A stretch of DNA of 42,484 bases from an uncultured Sphingopyxis sp. (GCA_963545025.1 CAUUIU010000001.1:1-42484); one strand, 5' to 3'; shown: positions 1 through 8,660, counted from the first letter of the stretch. The notes: generated from the sequence alone by a model not told the origin. Numbers and translations are program-made.

Positions 1-46
1 AGATCGCTCAGTGTCTCGTGGGCTCGGAGATGTGTATAAGAGACAG
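1..46 (+). other. Untrimmed Nextera i7 adapter (library artefact)
   Basis: AGAT-CGCTCAGT(index)-GTCTCGTGGGCTCGG-AGATGTGTATAAGAGACAG, the Nextera read-2 adapter with Tn5 mosaic end. Confidence 0.99.
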
Positions 47-392
47 GGGAGACCGCGAACTCTCCCTTGTTTCGCGCAATCTGATCGAGGGCGAACTGAA
101 GGGTCGGCAAGGCGACTTTGTCCTGATCGACATACGCGGCGACAGTATGGAACCCGACTTCCGCCATGGTGACCAGCTTTTGGTCGACATGCGCGATAAG
201 TCTCCGGTGCAGCCAGGTCCGTTTGCGGTGTGGGACGGCGAATGGGGCGAGTATGTCGTAAAAAACGTCGAGCGGATCGATGGCGGGCGCGTGCGGATGT
301 TCTCGTCAAACCCCAAATATTCGCCAGCGGAAATCTTGCACGAAGAGACGAGAATTATAGGGAGGCCAGTATGGTACGCGCGGCGACTTTGA
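47..392 (+). CDS. cI: CI-like repressor, C-terminal S24 autopeptidase domain (partial; N-terminus at 42163-42436)
   Basis: IRGDSMEP, GDQLLVD, YVVKNV, SSNPKY and IIGRPVW are LexA/CI S24 motifs; the track's MGSEMCIRD start is adapter-derived. Confidence 0.93.
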
Positions 393-586
393 TCCTGATC
401 TTTGCATTGGGCGGATGCGCTGACACCGGGGCAGAAGACGCAGCCGAGCGCGATCGACTGCTTGAAAGTCGGATCAACGAACTTTCCAGCCGCGTAAATG
501 ACATCGAAAAACGCGTAGACGAAGACCAAATTGCGCGCGATCCGACCTTGACCTTGCCCCCGAGCAAAGGCAACGGAATGCGATAA
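371..586 (+). CDS. Small lipoprotein, possible superinfection-exclusion factor
   Basis: GGAGG then ATG 371; signal peptide MVRAATLILIFALGG-C with lipobox; short coiled coil; overlaps the cI stop. Confidence 0.7.
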   Translation: MVRAATLILIFALGGCADTGAEDAAERDRLLESRINELSSRVNDIEKRVDEDQIARDPTLTLPPSKGNGMR

Positions 587-589
587 AAT

Positions 590-640
590 TGCGATAGTCG
601 CATTTTACGCATTGACGAGGTTGCGATAATCGCATAATTC
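590..640 (+). promoter_or_regulatory. PL-like promoter with two repressor operators (OL)
   Basis: 13-bp palindromes TGCGATAGTCGCA (590-602) and TGCGATAATCGCA (622-634); TTGACG (612-617), 17-nt spacer, TAATTC (635-640); second operator lies in the spacer. Confidence 0.85.
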
Positions 641-681
641 ATCTCCATCAGCCGGACGCTCCGGCCCGATGGAGAAACGCA

Positions 682-945
682 GTGGCCCGCCACGACCCAG
701 AACTGACCAAGGCCTTCGAAGCGAACCGCGCGGCGATCAGCGCTGCCGTTCCCGAAGCCATCATGGCCCACTACCGCGCAATGCCCGTGTCGCGTCGCCG
801 GTCGGAAGCGTCGATTGCCGAGTTCGAGGCGACCCGCTTCGATATCCTCGCGCGTCGTCCCGGCCATCCTGACAGCGCCTATTACACGCGCCTTGCGAAT
901 GATCAGCGCGCCAAGGTTGCGGCGCTGCGGGAGTGCGGGCTGTGA
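682..945 (+). CDS. Hypothetical early protein (first gene of the leftward operon)
   Basis: GGAG SD then GTG; 87 aa. Confidence 0.7.
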   Translation: MARHDPELTKAFEANRAAISAAVPEAIMAHYRAMPVSRRRSEASIAEFEATRFDILARRPGHPDSAYYTRLANDQRAKVAALRECGL

Positions 946-1058
946 TCCGCGCCTTCCAAATCATTCGCACCATCCCCGGCGCCGATCTCGCGTTCGCCGT
1001 GATCGCAGCCCTGACCCTTTGGTTCACCGCCGCAGCCCTTGCGGCCGTCCTGCCCTGA
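942..1058 (+). CDS. Small membrane peptide (38 aa)
   Basis: GTGA overlap with upstream stop; MIRAFQIIRTIPGADLAFAVIAALTLWFTAAALAAVLP has one hydrophobic helix; below ORF-track cutoff. Confidence 0.6.
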   Translation: MIRAFQIIRTIPGADLAFAVIAALTLWFTAAALAAVLP

Positions 1059-1081
1059 CCCCGAAAACGAGGAGATACCGC

Positions 1082-2224
1082 ATGTCCGACGTCGCCGAAA
1101 AAGTGTTGCACGGTGAAATCATCTCCGTCGAGCCCGTTACCGACATCATCGAAGCTGTCGCCAAGCAGCACGGCATCGTCCTGCTCGACCGGGTCAAGTT
1201 CGACCAGTTCTACGAGAAGCTGGCCGCGAAGGCTCCGACCGAGGTCGACATCGACACCAAGGCTGGCCGCGATGCCCTGCGCTCGTTCGCTGCCGAGGTC
1301 CGCAGCGAGAAGGCTGCCATCGACAAGGCCCGCCTGCGCCTCACCGAAGAATGGCGCGGCATGGTCAGCCAAGCGAACGAGGCTGGCAAGGAAATCAAGG
1401 ACCGGCTCGAGCAGCTGGCCGTCGACACCCGCAAGCCGCTCACCGACTGGGAAGCCGCCGAAGAGGCACGCGAAGCCGAGGTCAAGCGCGTGATCGACTT
1501 CTTCCGGTCGGAGCGCCGGGTCGAGGCAGGCGAGGAAGCGGCCTATATCCGCGAGCGCGGCACCGCGATCTATCAGATGGCGCTCGACCCCGACGTCTTC
1601 CGCGACCGTCTGGACGAAGCCCAGCGCGAGAAGGATGAAACCGTCGCGCATCTCAAGGACGCGCTCGACCGTGCCTTGAAGGCCGAGGAAGAGGCTGCCG
1701 AGTTGCAGCGCCTCCGCGACGAGGCGGCCGCCCGCGAGCGCGCCGATGTGGAGCGCAAGGAGGCCGAGGAAGCCGAGGCGCGCCGCATCGAGGACGAGAA
1801 GCGGGCGGAGGAAGCCCGCGCCGCCGCTGCGAAGGCCGAGCAGGATCGCCTCGCGCGCGTCGAACAGGAAGCGGCCGACAAGGCGCGCCGCGAAGCCGAA
1901 GAGGCTGCCCAGCGCGAGCGTGACGAAGAGCGCCGCCAGCATGAAGCCGCCCTCGCCGCCGAACGCGAGGCTCGCGAAAAGGCCGAGCGTGAAGCGCAGG
2001 CCGAGCGCGATCGCATCGCCGCCGAAGAGGTCGCCCGCAAGGAAGCCGAAGAGCGGGAAGCCCGTGAAAGGGCGGAGCGCGAGGCCAATCAGGCCCACCG
2101 GACCAGCGTTATGAAGACCGCGAAGGAGGCGATCATGTCCTGCGGCGCCGACGAGGAAACCGCGAAGAAGGTCGTGCTCGCGATCAAGGCGGGCGAAGTG
2201 CCCAGCGTCCGGATTGAGTTCTGA
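1082..2224 (+). CDS. Long coiled-coil phage protein (E/R/A/K-rich)
   Basis: GAGGAG SD before ATG 1082; extended helical E/A/R repeats; directly upstream of the exonuclease. Confidence 0.8.
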   Translation: MSDVAEKVLHGEIISVEPVTDIIEAVAKQHGIVLLDRVKFDQFYEKLAAKAPTEVDIDTKAGRDALRSFAAEVRSEKAAIDKARLRLTEEWRGMVSQANEAGKEIKDRLEQLAVDTRKPLTDWEAAEEAREAEVKRVIDFFRSERRVEAGEEAAYIRERGTAIYQMALDPDVFRDRLDEAQREKDETVAHLKDALDRALKAEEEAAELQRLRDEAAARERADVERKEAEEAEARRIEDEKRAEEARAAAAKAEQDRLARVEQEAADKARREAEEAAQRERDEERRQHEAALAAEREAREKAEREAQAERDRIAAEEVARKEAEEREARERAEREANQAHRTSVMKTAKEAIMSCGADEETAKKVVLAIKAGEVPSVRIEF

Positions 2225-2226
2225 TC

Positions 2227-3003
2227 ATGACCGACAATCCCTTCGATCCGAACTACGTGGCGCCGGCCCCTGTCGATGACGTACCCGAGCCCGCCAAGGC
2301 GGCACCGAAAAAGGGCGTCGTCTATCACCGGAACCTTGAGCAAGGCACGGCCGCTTGGATGAAAGCCCGGCTCGGCCTGATGACCGCCTCCGAGATGAAG
2401 CTGATCATCACGCCGTCGACACTCAAGGTTGCCGCGAACGACAAGGCGCGCGTTCACCTCTACGAACTGCTCGCCCAGCGCGTCACCGGCCATGTCGAGG
2501 ACACCTATGAGGGCTGGGATATCCTGCGCGGCCGCGAGGACGAGATCGAGGCCCGGCTGCAATATCACCAGCATTACGCGCCGGTCGAGGAATGCGGCTT
2601 CATCACGAACAGCAAATGGGGCTTCACCATCGGCTATTCGCCGGACGGGCTTGTCGGTGACGACGGGCTGATCGAGGCCAAGTCCCGCAAGCAGAAGCTG
2701 CAGATGCAGACGATCATCGAGGCGACCGCGAAAGACGAGATCCCCGAAGAGTTCATGCTGCAGTGCCAGACCGCGCTCCTCGTGTCCGAGCGCAAATGGA
2801 TCGACTTCATCAGCTATTCGGGCGGCCTGCCGATGGCGACGACGCGGGTCTATCCCGACGATCGCTATGAGACGGCCATCCTCGCCGCGGCCCGCAATTT
2901 CGAGAACAAGCTCGCCGATGCGCGCGTGATCTACGAGGCGCTTCTGGCGTCCGGCGCGCGCCTCATTCCCACCCAGCGAACAGTCACGGAAATGCACGCA
3001 TGA
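2227..3003 (+). CDS. YqaJ/lambda-exonuclease family recombination nuclease
   Basis: EQGTAAWMKARLGLMTASE, RGREDE, GYSPDGLV, IEAKS, QCQ and WIDFISY motifs. Confidence 0.93.
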   Translation: MTDNPFDPNYVAPAPVDDVPEPAKAAPKKGVVYHRNLEQGTAAWMKARLGLMTASEMKLIITPSTLKVAANDKARVHLYELLAQRVTGHVEDTYEGWDILRGREDEIEARLQYHQHYAPVEECGFITNSKWGFTIGYSPDGLVGDDGLIEAKSRKQKLQMQTIIEATAKDEIPEEFMLQCQTALLVSERKWIDFISYSGGLPMATTRVYPDDRYETAILAAARNFENKLADARVIYEALLASGARLIPTQRTVTEMHA

Positions 3004-3860
3004 GCGATATGAACCCCGTTTGCGAAGCCAAGTCGGACCAGCTGAATGCCTCTGATTTGGTCGGCGGCCCGATCACCGTCACCATCACCCGCGTCGACGT
3101 CCGTGAGGGCGCCAAGGAGCAACCTGTCTCGGTTCATTATCAGGGCGACAACGGCAAGCCGTGGAAGCCCTGCAAGTCGATGTGCCGCGTCATGGTCGCC
3201 GCTTGGGGGCCGGATTCTAAGACCTATCCCGGCAAGGGCCTGACACTCTTCTGCGATCCGTCCGTCAAATGGGCCGGCATGGAGATCGGCGGCATCCGCA
3301 TCAGCCACATGTCGCACATTGACGGCACCCTGCTTACGGCTGTCACGCTCGCAAAGGGCAGCAGGAAGCCGTACCGGGTTGAACCGCTGCAGGGCGGACA
3401 GGGGGACCAGCGGAACGACGATGGCGCCCGCGAAACCGCCGACGACCTGATCCGCCGCGCCCAAGGTTGCGAGGGACCGGACGCGCTCAACGCGCTCGCC
3501 GCCCGTGATGGCATCATCAAGCGCCGCGAATGGCTCCGCGATGTTGCGCCGGCGCTAGCGGACGAGGTCGACGCTGCCTTTCGCATCGACACCGTGAGCG
3601 AGGACAATTCGACCGCAGCAGAAGGCCCGGCCGACGAAGATCGGGGCGAGGATCATGTCGAGGACGAAACCCCGGCATGGCGCGGGGCCGTCGATGCCCA
3701 TCTCGACCGTCTCAAAGACGCGCAGGCAATCCACGGCGTGCATCAGGCAATCCTGGACTTCGAGAACAGTCTGGCAGGCCTGCCCGACGATGCGCGGCAG
3801 GAAGTCGCCGACGCCGAACATAACGCGCAGATGCGCTTCAGCACCGCGACGGGCGGCTAG
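3000..3860 (+). CDS. Exonuclease-partner protein, putative ssDNA-annealing or binding
   Basis: ATGA-coupled to the exonuclease; globular N-domain (SDQLNASDL...KPWKPCKSM...GGIRISHMS) plus acidic linker and helical tail; function from position only. Confidence 0.55.
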   Translation: MSDMNPVCEAKSDQLNASDLVGGPITVTITRVDVREGAKEQPVSVHYQGDNGKPWKPCKSMCRVMVAAWGPDSKTYPGKGLTLFCDPSVKWAGMEIGGIRISHMSHIDGTLLTAVTLAKGSRKPYRVEPLQGGQGDQRNDDGARETADDLIRRAQGCEGPDALNALAARDGIIKRREWLRDVAPALADEVDAAFRIDTVSEDNSTAAEGPADEDRGEDHVEDETPAWRGAVDAHLDRLKDAQAIHGVHQAILDFENSLAGLPDDARQEVADAEHNAQMRFSTATGG

Positions 3861-3877
3861 TTTTCACCAGCAGGGAC

Positions 3878-3900
3878 CCGCCCGGTGTCAAGCCGGGCGG
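3878..3900 (+). other. Intergenic GC-rich hairpin
   Basis: CCGCCCGG-tgtcaag-CCGGGCGG; no U-tract. Confidence 0.5.
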
Positions 3901-3921
3901 TGCAATTCAGAGGAGTTTGAG

Positions 3922-4284
3922 ATGGGCGCGCCTGTCGACCACAAACGGATGAAGCCCAAGGCAGGCGCCAAGCCGACTGCGGCCGAGCGCCTCCATATGG
4001 AGCGCGTCGCCGGGCTGCCGTGCCTCGTGTCGGGCAAGCGTCCGGTGACCGTCCACCATGTGACCGGGTACGCCGACCGCATGGGCCGCTTCTCGCGCTC
4101 GCATCGGCTGGTCGTGCCGCTGATCGCCCGCTTCCATCAGATCCAGAACGGGCCGCACGAAAGCGTCGAGCGCCTGTCTCATCGGGGCTTCTACCAACGG
4201 CACGGCATCGACCTGCTGAAGGAAGCCCGCCGCCTCGAATTTGAAAGCATCGAACTCGGCATTTTGCCGACTGAAGGAGCATAA
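3922..4284 (+). CDS. Ref/DUF968-like HNH-related nuclease
   Basis: AGAGGAG SD; ERLHMERVAGLPCLVSG...VHHV...VVPL...H...H pattern. Confidence 0.6.
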   Translation: MGAPVDHKRMKPKAGAKPTAAERLHMERVAGLPCLVSGKRPVTVHHVTGYADRMGRFSRSHRLVVPLIARFHQIQNGPHESVERLSHRGFYQRHGIDLLKEARRLEFESIELGILPTEGA

Positions 4285-4286
4285 CC

Positions 4287-4634
4287 ATGGGAATTTTGAG
4301 CTTTTTGCGCGCCGTGCCGAGCGAGCCGGCCATCGATTGGGAGGCGAAGTTCAAGGTGGCCGCCAAGGATTTGGCCGACGCGAGCTTCAAGATCGAGGCG
4401 CTCGAAACCGAAAAGGCCGCCCTCCTCAAGGAAGTTGAGGGCAACGCCGACACAATCGTCGATCTGGGCGCCGAGGTCGATGCTCTGAAAGCCGACTTCA
4501 ACCAACGCCTCGCCGATGCCGTGCAGGACTATCAGGTCGACGCCGAGAAGTTCCGCGCGAAGGCGAAGGCCGACAGCAATCGGGCGAAGAACAAGCGCCG
4601 GGATGCGGCCGCGAAGAAGGGGGCGGGCAAGTGA
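4287..4634 (+). CDS. Hypothetical coiled-coil protein
   Basis: AAGGAG SD; heptad-rich with basic C-terminus. Confidence 0.7.
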   Translation: MGILSFLRAVPSEPAIDWEAKFKVAAKDLADASFKIEALETEKAALLKEVEGNADTIVDLGAEVDALKADFNQRLADAVQDYQVDAEKFRAKAKADSNRAKNKRRDAAAKKGAGK

Positions 4635-5209
4635 GCGACACCGCAACCCTCGAAGCGCTCGGCTTCACGAAAGACGAGATCGCCGAACGCATCATCGACC
4701 GAGCCGTCCAACAACTCCTCCACGCGGAAGACTATGACGAGGACGGCCACTCCTATGGCGTACCCAGCTCGTTCGCCTCGGCAATCGATAAGGTGATCCG
4801 CGACAAGCTGGACGAAGCCGTCATCAAGGCCGGTGACGAGGTGATCGCGCCGAAGATCGCTTCGCTCATCGACGACCATGTCATGGTCCGCACGAACGAA
4901 TGGGGCGAGAAGAAGGGCGAGCCTGTCAGCTTCACCGAATATCTCGTCCAGCGCGCAGAGGCGTACATGGCTGAAGAGGTCAATTACGACGGCAAGGCCA
5001 AGGGGCAGTCGGACAGCTACTCGTTCCGCAAATTTGGGACGCGGGTCGCCTACATGATCGACAAGCATTTGGCGTTCCATATCGAGCAGGCGATGGCTGC
5101 GGCGGTCCAGAATGCCCATTCGACCATCGCATCGAGCCTGAACGACGCGGTCAAGATCGCGATCAGCAATCTGCAGGTCCACCTTAAGACGGAGGTGAAG
5201 ACGCGATGA
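4631..5209 (+). CDS. Hypothetical phage protein
   Basis: GTGA-coupled; 192 aa with globular composition. Confidence 0.75.
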   Translation: MSDTATLEALGFTKDEIAERIIDRAVQQLLHAEDYDEDGHSYGVPSSFASAIDKVIRDKLDEAVIKAGDEVIAPKIASLIDDHVMVRTNEWGEKKGEPVSFTEYLVQRAEAYMAEEVNYDGKAKGQSDSYSFRKFGTRVAYMIDKHLAFHIEQAMAAAVQNAHSTIASSLNDAVKIAISNLQVHLKTEVKTR

Positions 5210-5562
5210 CCGCTCCCGCCCATACACCCGCTCCGTGGTTCGTCGGCGCGCAGAATGATGGTCTCGTCATCCTCGACGGCCCACCCTCGCCCGCTCCGTA
5301 TGACGGCCCGATCCCGAAGGCTCATGGCCCGAATGTGATCGCGACGCCGAACTTCCGGCTCCCGGAGCACGAGGCCAACACCGCGTTGATCGCCCGCGCC
5401 CCCGACCTCCTCGCCCAGCTCAAGGTCGCCAAGCGCCACCTCGACGACATGGCCGCGTTCATCGGCAAGGCGAACCGGGGCGAGTTCTCGGGCTGCTACA
5501 GCTTCGAGGGGATGGAAGAGGATATGCCTGCGATCCGTGCGGCGATTGGGGGTGGGGCGTGA
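5206..5562 (+). CDS. Hypothetical phage protein (HTPxPW...ANxxLIAxAPDLL type)
   Basis: GGAGG SD; HTPAPW and ANTALIARAPDLL motifs recur in temperate phage early genes. Confidence 0.75.
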   Translation: MTAPAHTPAPWFVGAQNDGLVILDGPPSPAPYDGPIPKAHGPNVIATPNFRLPEHEANTALIARAPDLLAQLKVAKRHLDDMAAFIGKANRGEFSGCYSFEGMEEDMPAIRAAIGGGA

Positions 5563-6434
5563 GCGCGGCATTCAAGCGCGGCCAGACCGTCTATGACCGG
5601 GCGGGGGCAAAATTCCAGTTCGAGGAATCGCTGTCCGGCGACCGCGCGCTGGTCCGTCCCATCATGGCGGTCGACGGGTACGACGGATTGGATGAGTATT
5701 CGAGCGACGCCCCAACCATCGTGTATGCGAACGCAATCTTCGCCAAGCCCCCGCTCGCGGCCATCGACGCTGACATTGCGTCCGCGACGGCGCGCCTCGA
5801 CGAGGTCAAGGAAGAGCTGTCCAATGCCGAGTGCGACCTAACCGCCAAGCAGCGCGACGTCCTTGCTCGCATCGAAAAGCTGCAAGCCTATGATGGGCTG
5901 CAGCGGATCGAGGATTATCTCGACGGCAAGATGACGCATTTCGTCGTCACGTCCGGCTATAGCGCGAACAAGCTGTGCATCATGACCGCAGACGATCTTC
6001 TGCAATGCAAGGATGATCGCGGGCGCCCGACAGACGAAATCAAGCTGCTCTGCCTGTTCGGCACCACAAGGTCATACGGTGCGCCGAAGCGGTCGGCGGA
6101 GTGGCGGCTGAACCATTACTACGACGGCTCCGGTAGCTGGCAGAAGGTTCAGCCCGCAACCTCATACGAGGAAGCCGTCGAGATAATCCACCGCGAGTTG
6201 AAGGTGATCTTCGACGCTTATTTCGCCGAGGAGCCGGAGAAGCGTCGGACCTACATCTTGGACGAGGTGATCCAGAGCGCGAATGCTGTCGGCTATTTCG
6301 TGCCGCCCGAGGCCGAAAAAGCCTTGCGCGATGCCAAGGTCGAGAACGCCCGCAAAGCATTCGACGAAGCGAACAAGAAGGCTGTCGAGGCCCGCCAGAA
6401 GTTCGACGCGCTATTCGCGGAGGCCCAGCCATGA
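5559..6434 (+). CDS. Hypothetical phage protein
   Basis: GTGA-coupled; 291 aa. Confidence 0.75.
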   Translation: MSAAFKRGQTVYDRAGAKFQFEESLSGDRALVRPIMAVDGYDGLDEYSSDAPTIVYANAIFAKPPLAAIDADIASATARLDEVKEELSNAECDLTAKQRDVLARIEKLQAYDGLQRIEDYLDGKMTHFVVTSGYSANKLCIMTADDLLQCKDDRGRPTDEIKLLCLFGTTRSYGAPKRSAEWRLNHYYDGSGSWQKVQPATSYEEAVEIIHRELKVIFDAYFAEEPEKRRTYILDEVIQSANAVGYFVPPEAEKALRDAKVENARKAFDEANKKAVEARQKFDALFAEAQP

Positions 6435-6607
6435 CCCGCGGCAAGCAACCCGGCCACGTCGAGATCGCGGGCGGCAAGACCTATTACGTCACCAGCGCGG
6501 GCGATTTCGTCCAGCACGACCCGGCCAAGTACCAGGCGCAGCGGGAACGCAGCCGGTGGGCGCGGAACAAGCGGCTGCCGGTGGATGAGCGGGAGATGGT
6601 GCTGTGA
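6431..6607 (+). CDS. Small hypothetical protein (58 aa)
   Basis: GGAGG SD; 4-nt start/stop overlaps at both ends; MTRGKQPGHVEIAGGKTYYV... Confidence 0.6.
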   Translation: MTRGKQPGHVEIAGGKTYYVTSAGDFVQHDPAKYQAQRERSRWARNKRLPVDEREMVL

Positions 6608-7456
6608 AGCTGCCCGTCATCTATCACGGGACGCCCTTGACCCCGCGTGCTGCGCTGAATGCGATCATGCCGGGACGGGCTGCCTGCGTCTCTTTCTATC
6701 GCCCTGAGGATTTGGAGGCGGTGCTGGCCGTGTGCCCGCAGCTCATGTTTCGACCACGGGGCGTTCAGCTTCTGGATGCAGGCGATGCGCGCCGGCAGGG
6801 AATGGGACGAGGCGGATCGGCAGCTTTGGTGGCGGGCGTATTACGACTGGCTCGATCCGATGCTTTTCTCGCCGGGACGCTGGGCGATCATTCCGGACAG
6901 CCCCGCAGCGCCCTCTCAGGTCAACGACGGCCTCTTGAACGACTGGCCGTTCGGCGATCGAGGTGCTCCGGTCTGGCACATGGACGGACCGATCGAGCGG
7001 CTCGCGCGGTTATGCGAGCGGTTCCCGCGGGTCTGCCTCGGCTGGATCGGGCATCCCAAATTGCAGCCGGTCGGGTGCGAGGCCTATTTTCGCAAGATGG
7101 ACGAGGTCGCCCGCCTCATGGGCAATACGTGGCACCCGCTGCACATGCTTCGCGGGACTCTCGTCGCGCGGGAATATCCGTTCCTGAGCGTCGACAGCAC
7201 CAGCCTCGCGCAGAACGGCCATCGATATGACTGGCAAGACGGGCAATCCGACATCCTCGAGTTCAGGCTTGATGCCGATGGCGTCTGGCGCTGGCGCGGA
7301 CGCAGTCGTTATGCGGATCGGCTCGAACGAGGTCATTTCTCCCCAAGAGTTCAAGCAGCGCTGCGAGCGAATCGTGCAGCAGCACAGCGGACACGAGATG
7401 CACCGCCAGTTCGATATCCTCTCGAACCTCACGCTTTGCAGCTTGGGCTACTCTGA
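6604..7456 (+). CDS. TGT/DpdA-like TIM-barrel protein requiring a +1 frameshift at 6748-6753 (~283 aa fused)
   Basis: Frame A gives MKLPVIYHGTPLTPR...CVSFYRP...QLMF; the +1 frame gives DHGAFSFW...IIPD...PVWH...HMLRG...SVDSTS; junction ATG TTT CGA C. Confidence 0.6.
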
Positions 7457-7511
7457 GGGTGTCGACGTCTTTCGCGACAGCGTTCGCGATTTCCATAGTG
7501 GAGACGCCTGA
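7311..7511 (+). CDS. Small conserved-type phage protein
   Basis: ISPQEF...EMHRQFDIL...LCSLGYSEGVDVF pattern; overlaps the 3' end of the TGT-like gene; start uncertain. Confidence 0.55.
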   Translation: MRIGSNEVISPQEFKQRCERIVQQHSGHEMHRQFDILSNLTLCSLGYSEGVDVFRDSVRDFHSGDA

Positions 7512-7711
7512 TGCCCTACGCCTGCCTCAACCTGCATTGCCCGAGCGTCCAGATCGACCACGAAGGCTCCTACGCCATCGTCGAGGACGGCCCCCGCTTC
7601 AAGGTCGAGCCCCTGTCCACCGGCACCGGGCCCGCGACCTTTCCTGAATTTGACGAAGCAGAGGACTGGCGCGGGAAGCGGCTGGTCGAACTGAAAGGCG
7701 CGAGCGTATGA
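7511..7711 (+). CDS. Hypothetical protein
   Basis: TGATG coupling with GGAG SD; 66 aa. Confidence 0.6.
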   Translation: MPYACLNLHCPSVQIDHEGSYAIVEDGPRFKVEPLSTGTGPATFPEFDEAEDWRGKRLVELKGASV

Positions 7712-8187
7712 ACGGCCTTCTCCCCAACATCACCTATCTGTCCTGCCCGCTCTGCCAAGGGACGCGCAAGATATTCGACGACCAACCCTGCAGCCAGTGC
7801 GCCGATCCCGACATCGCTCGCGTACGGTGGATGCTGCCCCGGCTGTCGGTCGGACAGATCGACTTCCTGCGCGCCTTCGAGCACACGCTCGCTGACCAGC
7901 CAGTGACCCGCGAGGAGCGGGCCGCTTTCCCGTTCGACCTCTTCGTCGAGGACGAGCAGTCCGGCGAGCAGGATTACGACGGGGAATGGTTCGTGCCGCA
8001 GAAAGCCTATTGGTTCGCCAGCGGTCACGCGCATTCCGGCCCCTGCGGAAACGGCGAGTTCATCCGGTACAATCCGACCGGCTTGCTGTTGCGCGAATGC
8101 CTGATGGTCGGCGCCACTGCGTACATTCCGCATATGTACCCGGCCCGCCATGACGAGCCCGTCGAGCAGAGGAACATCGACGCATGA
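7708..8187 (+). CDS. Hypothetical protein with N-terminal Zn-ribbon (CPLC...CSQC)
   Basis: ATGA-coupled; CPLCQGT resembles a DnaJ-type CxxCxGx motif. Confidence 0.65.
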   Translation: MNGLLPNITYLSCPLCQGTRKIFDDQPCSQCADPDIARVRWMLPRLSVGQIDFLRAFEHTLADQPVTREERAAFPFDLFVEDEQSGEQDYDGEWFVPQKAYWFASGHAHSGPCGNGEFIRYNPTGLLLRECLMVGATAYIPHMYPARHDEPVEQRNIDA

Positions 8188-8660
8188 CCGTTTACGCATC
8201 CAGCACGTCCGTATCGGTCAGCAAGAGCAAGGCCGAGATCGAAGCCATCCTCGAACGCTACGGCGCTTCGCAGTTCCTTTCGGGCTGGGACGCGAGCAAT
8301 GCGATGATCGGCTTCACCATGCCGGTCGGCGAGGAATACCGGCAGGTCCGGTTCATCCTTCCGATGCCCGACAAGGCCGACCGCCGCTTCACGCACCACA
8401 GCAAGGGAATGCGGACGGCCGACGCGGCACTGAAGGAATGGGAGCAGGCCTGTCGCCAGCGGTGGCGGGCGCTCGCACTGGTGATCAAGGCGAAGCTCGA
8501 AGCCGTCTCGGCGGGAATCAGCATTTTCGAAGACGAGTTCCTCGCGAACATCGTCATGCACGACGGACGCACGGTATCGCAGCACGTTCGCCCGGCGCTG
8601 TCGCAGATCTATCAGGGCAACATGCAGCCGCTGCTGCCAGACTATTCGGGGGACGCATGA
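8184..8660 (+). CDS. Conserved hypothetical phage protein
   Basis: YASSTSVSVSKSKAEIEAILERYGA...RQRWRALALVIKAKLEAV...FEDEFLANIV. Confidence 0.75.
   Translation: MTVYASSTSVSVSKSKAEIEAILERYGASQFLSGWDASNAMIGFTMPVGEEYRQVRFILPMPDKADRRFTHHSKGMRTADAALKEWEQACRQRWRALALVIKAKLEAVSAGISIFEDEFLANIVMHDGRTVSQHVRPALSQIYQGNMQPLLPDYSGDA

Noticed and set aside
1..46. Terminal inverted repeats suggesting a transposon or linear replicon end
   Set aside because: They match the Nextera adapter, index and Tn5 mosaic end at both termini; library artefact
761..2098. 445-aa hydrophobic minus-strand ORF resembling a membrane protein
   Set aside because: Antisense shadow of the E/K/R/A-rich coiled-coil gene; GAA/GAG/AAG codons read as Phe/Leu on the reverse strand
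6751..7230. Zero-frame continuation of the 6604 ORF as a real 208-aa protein
   Set aside because: After MF the sequence is Arg/Ala/Gly-rich shadow, while the +1 frame holds all recognisable motifs
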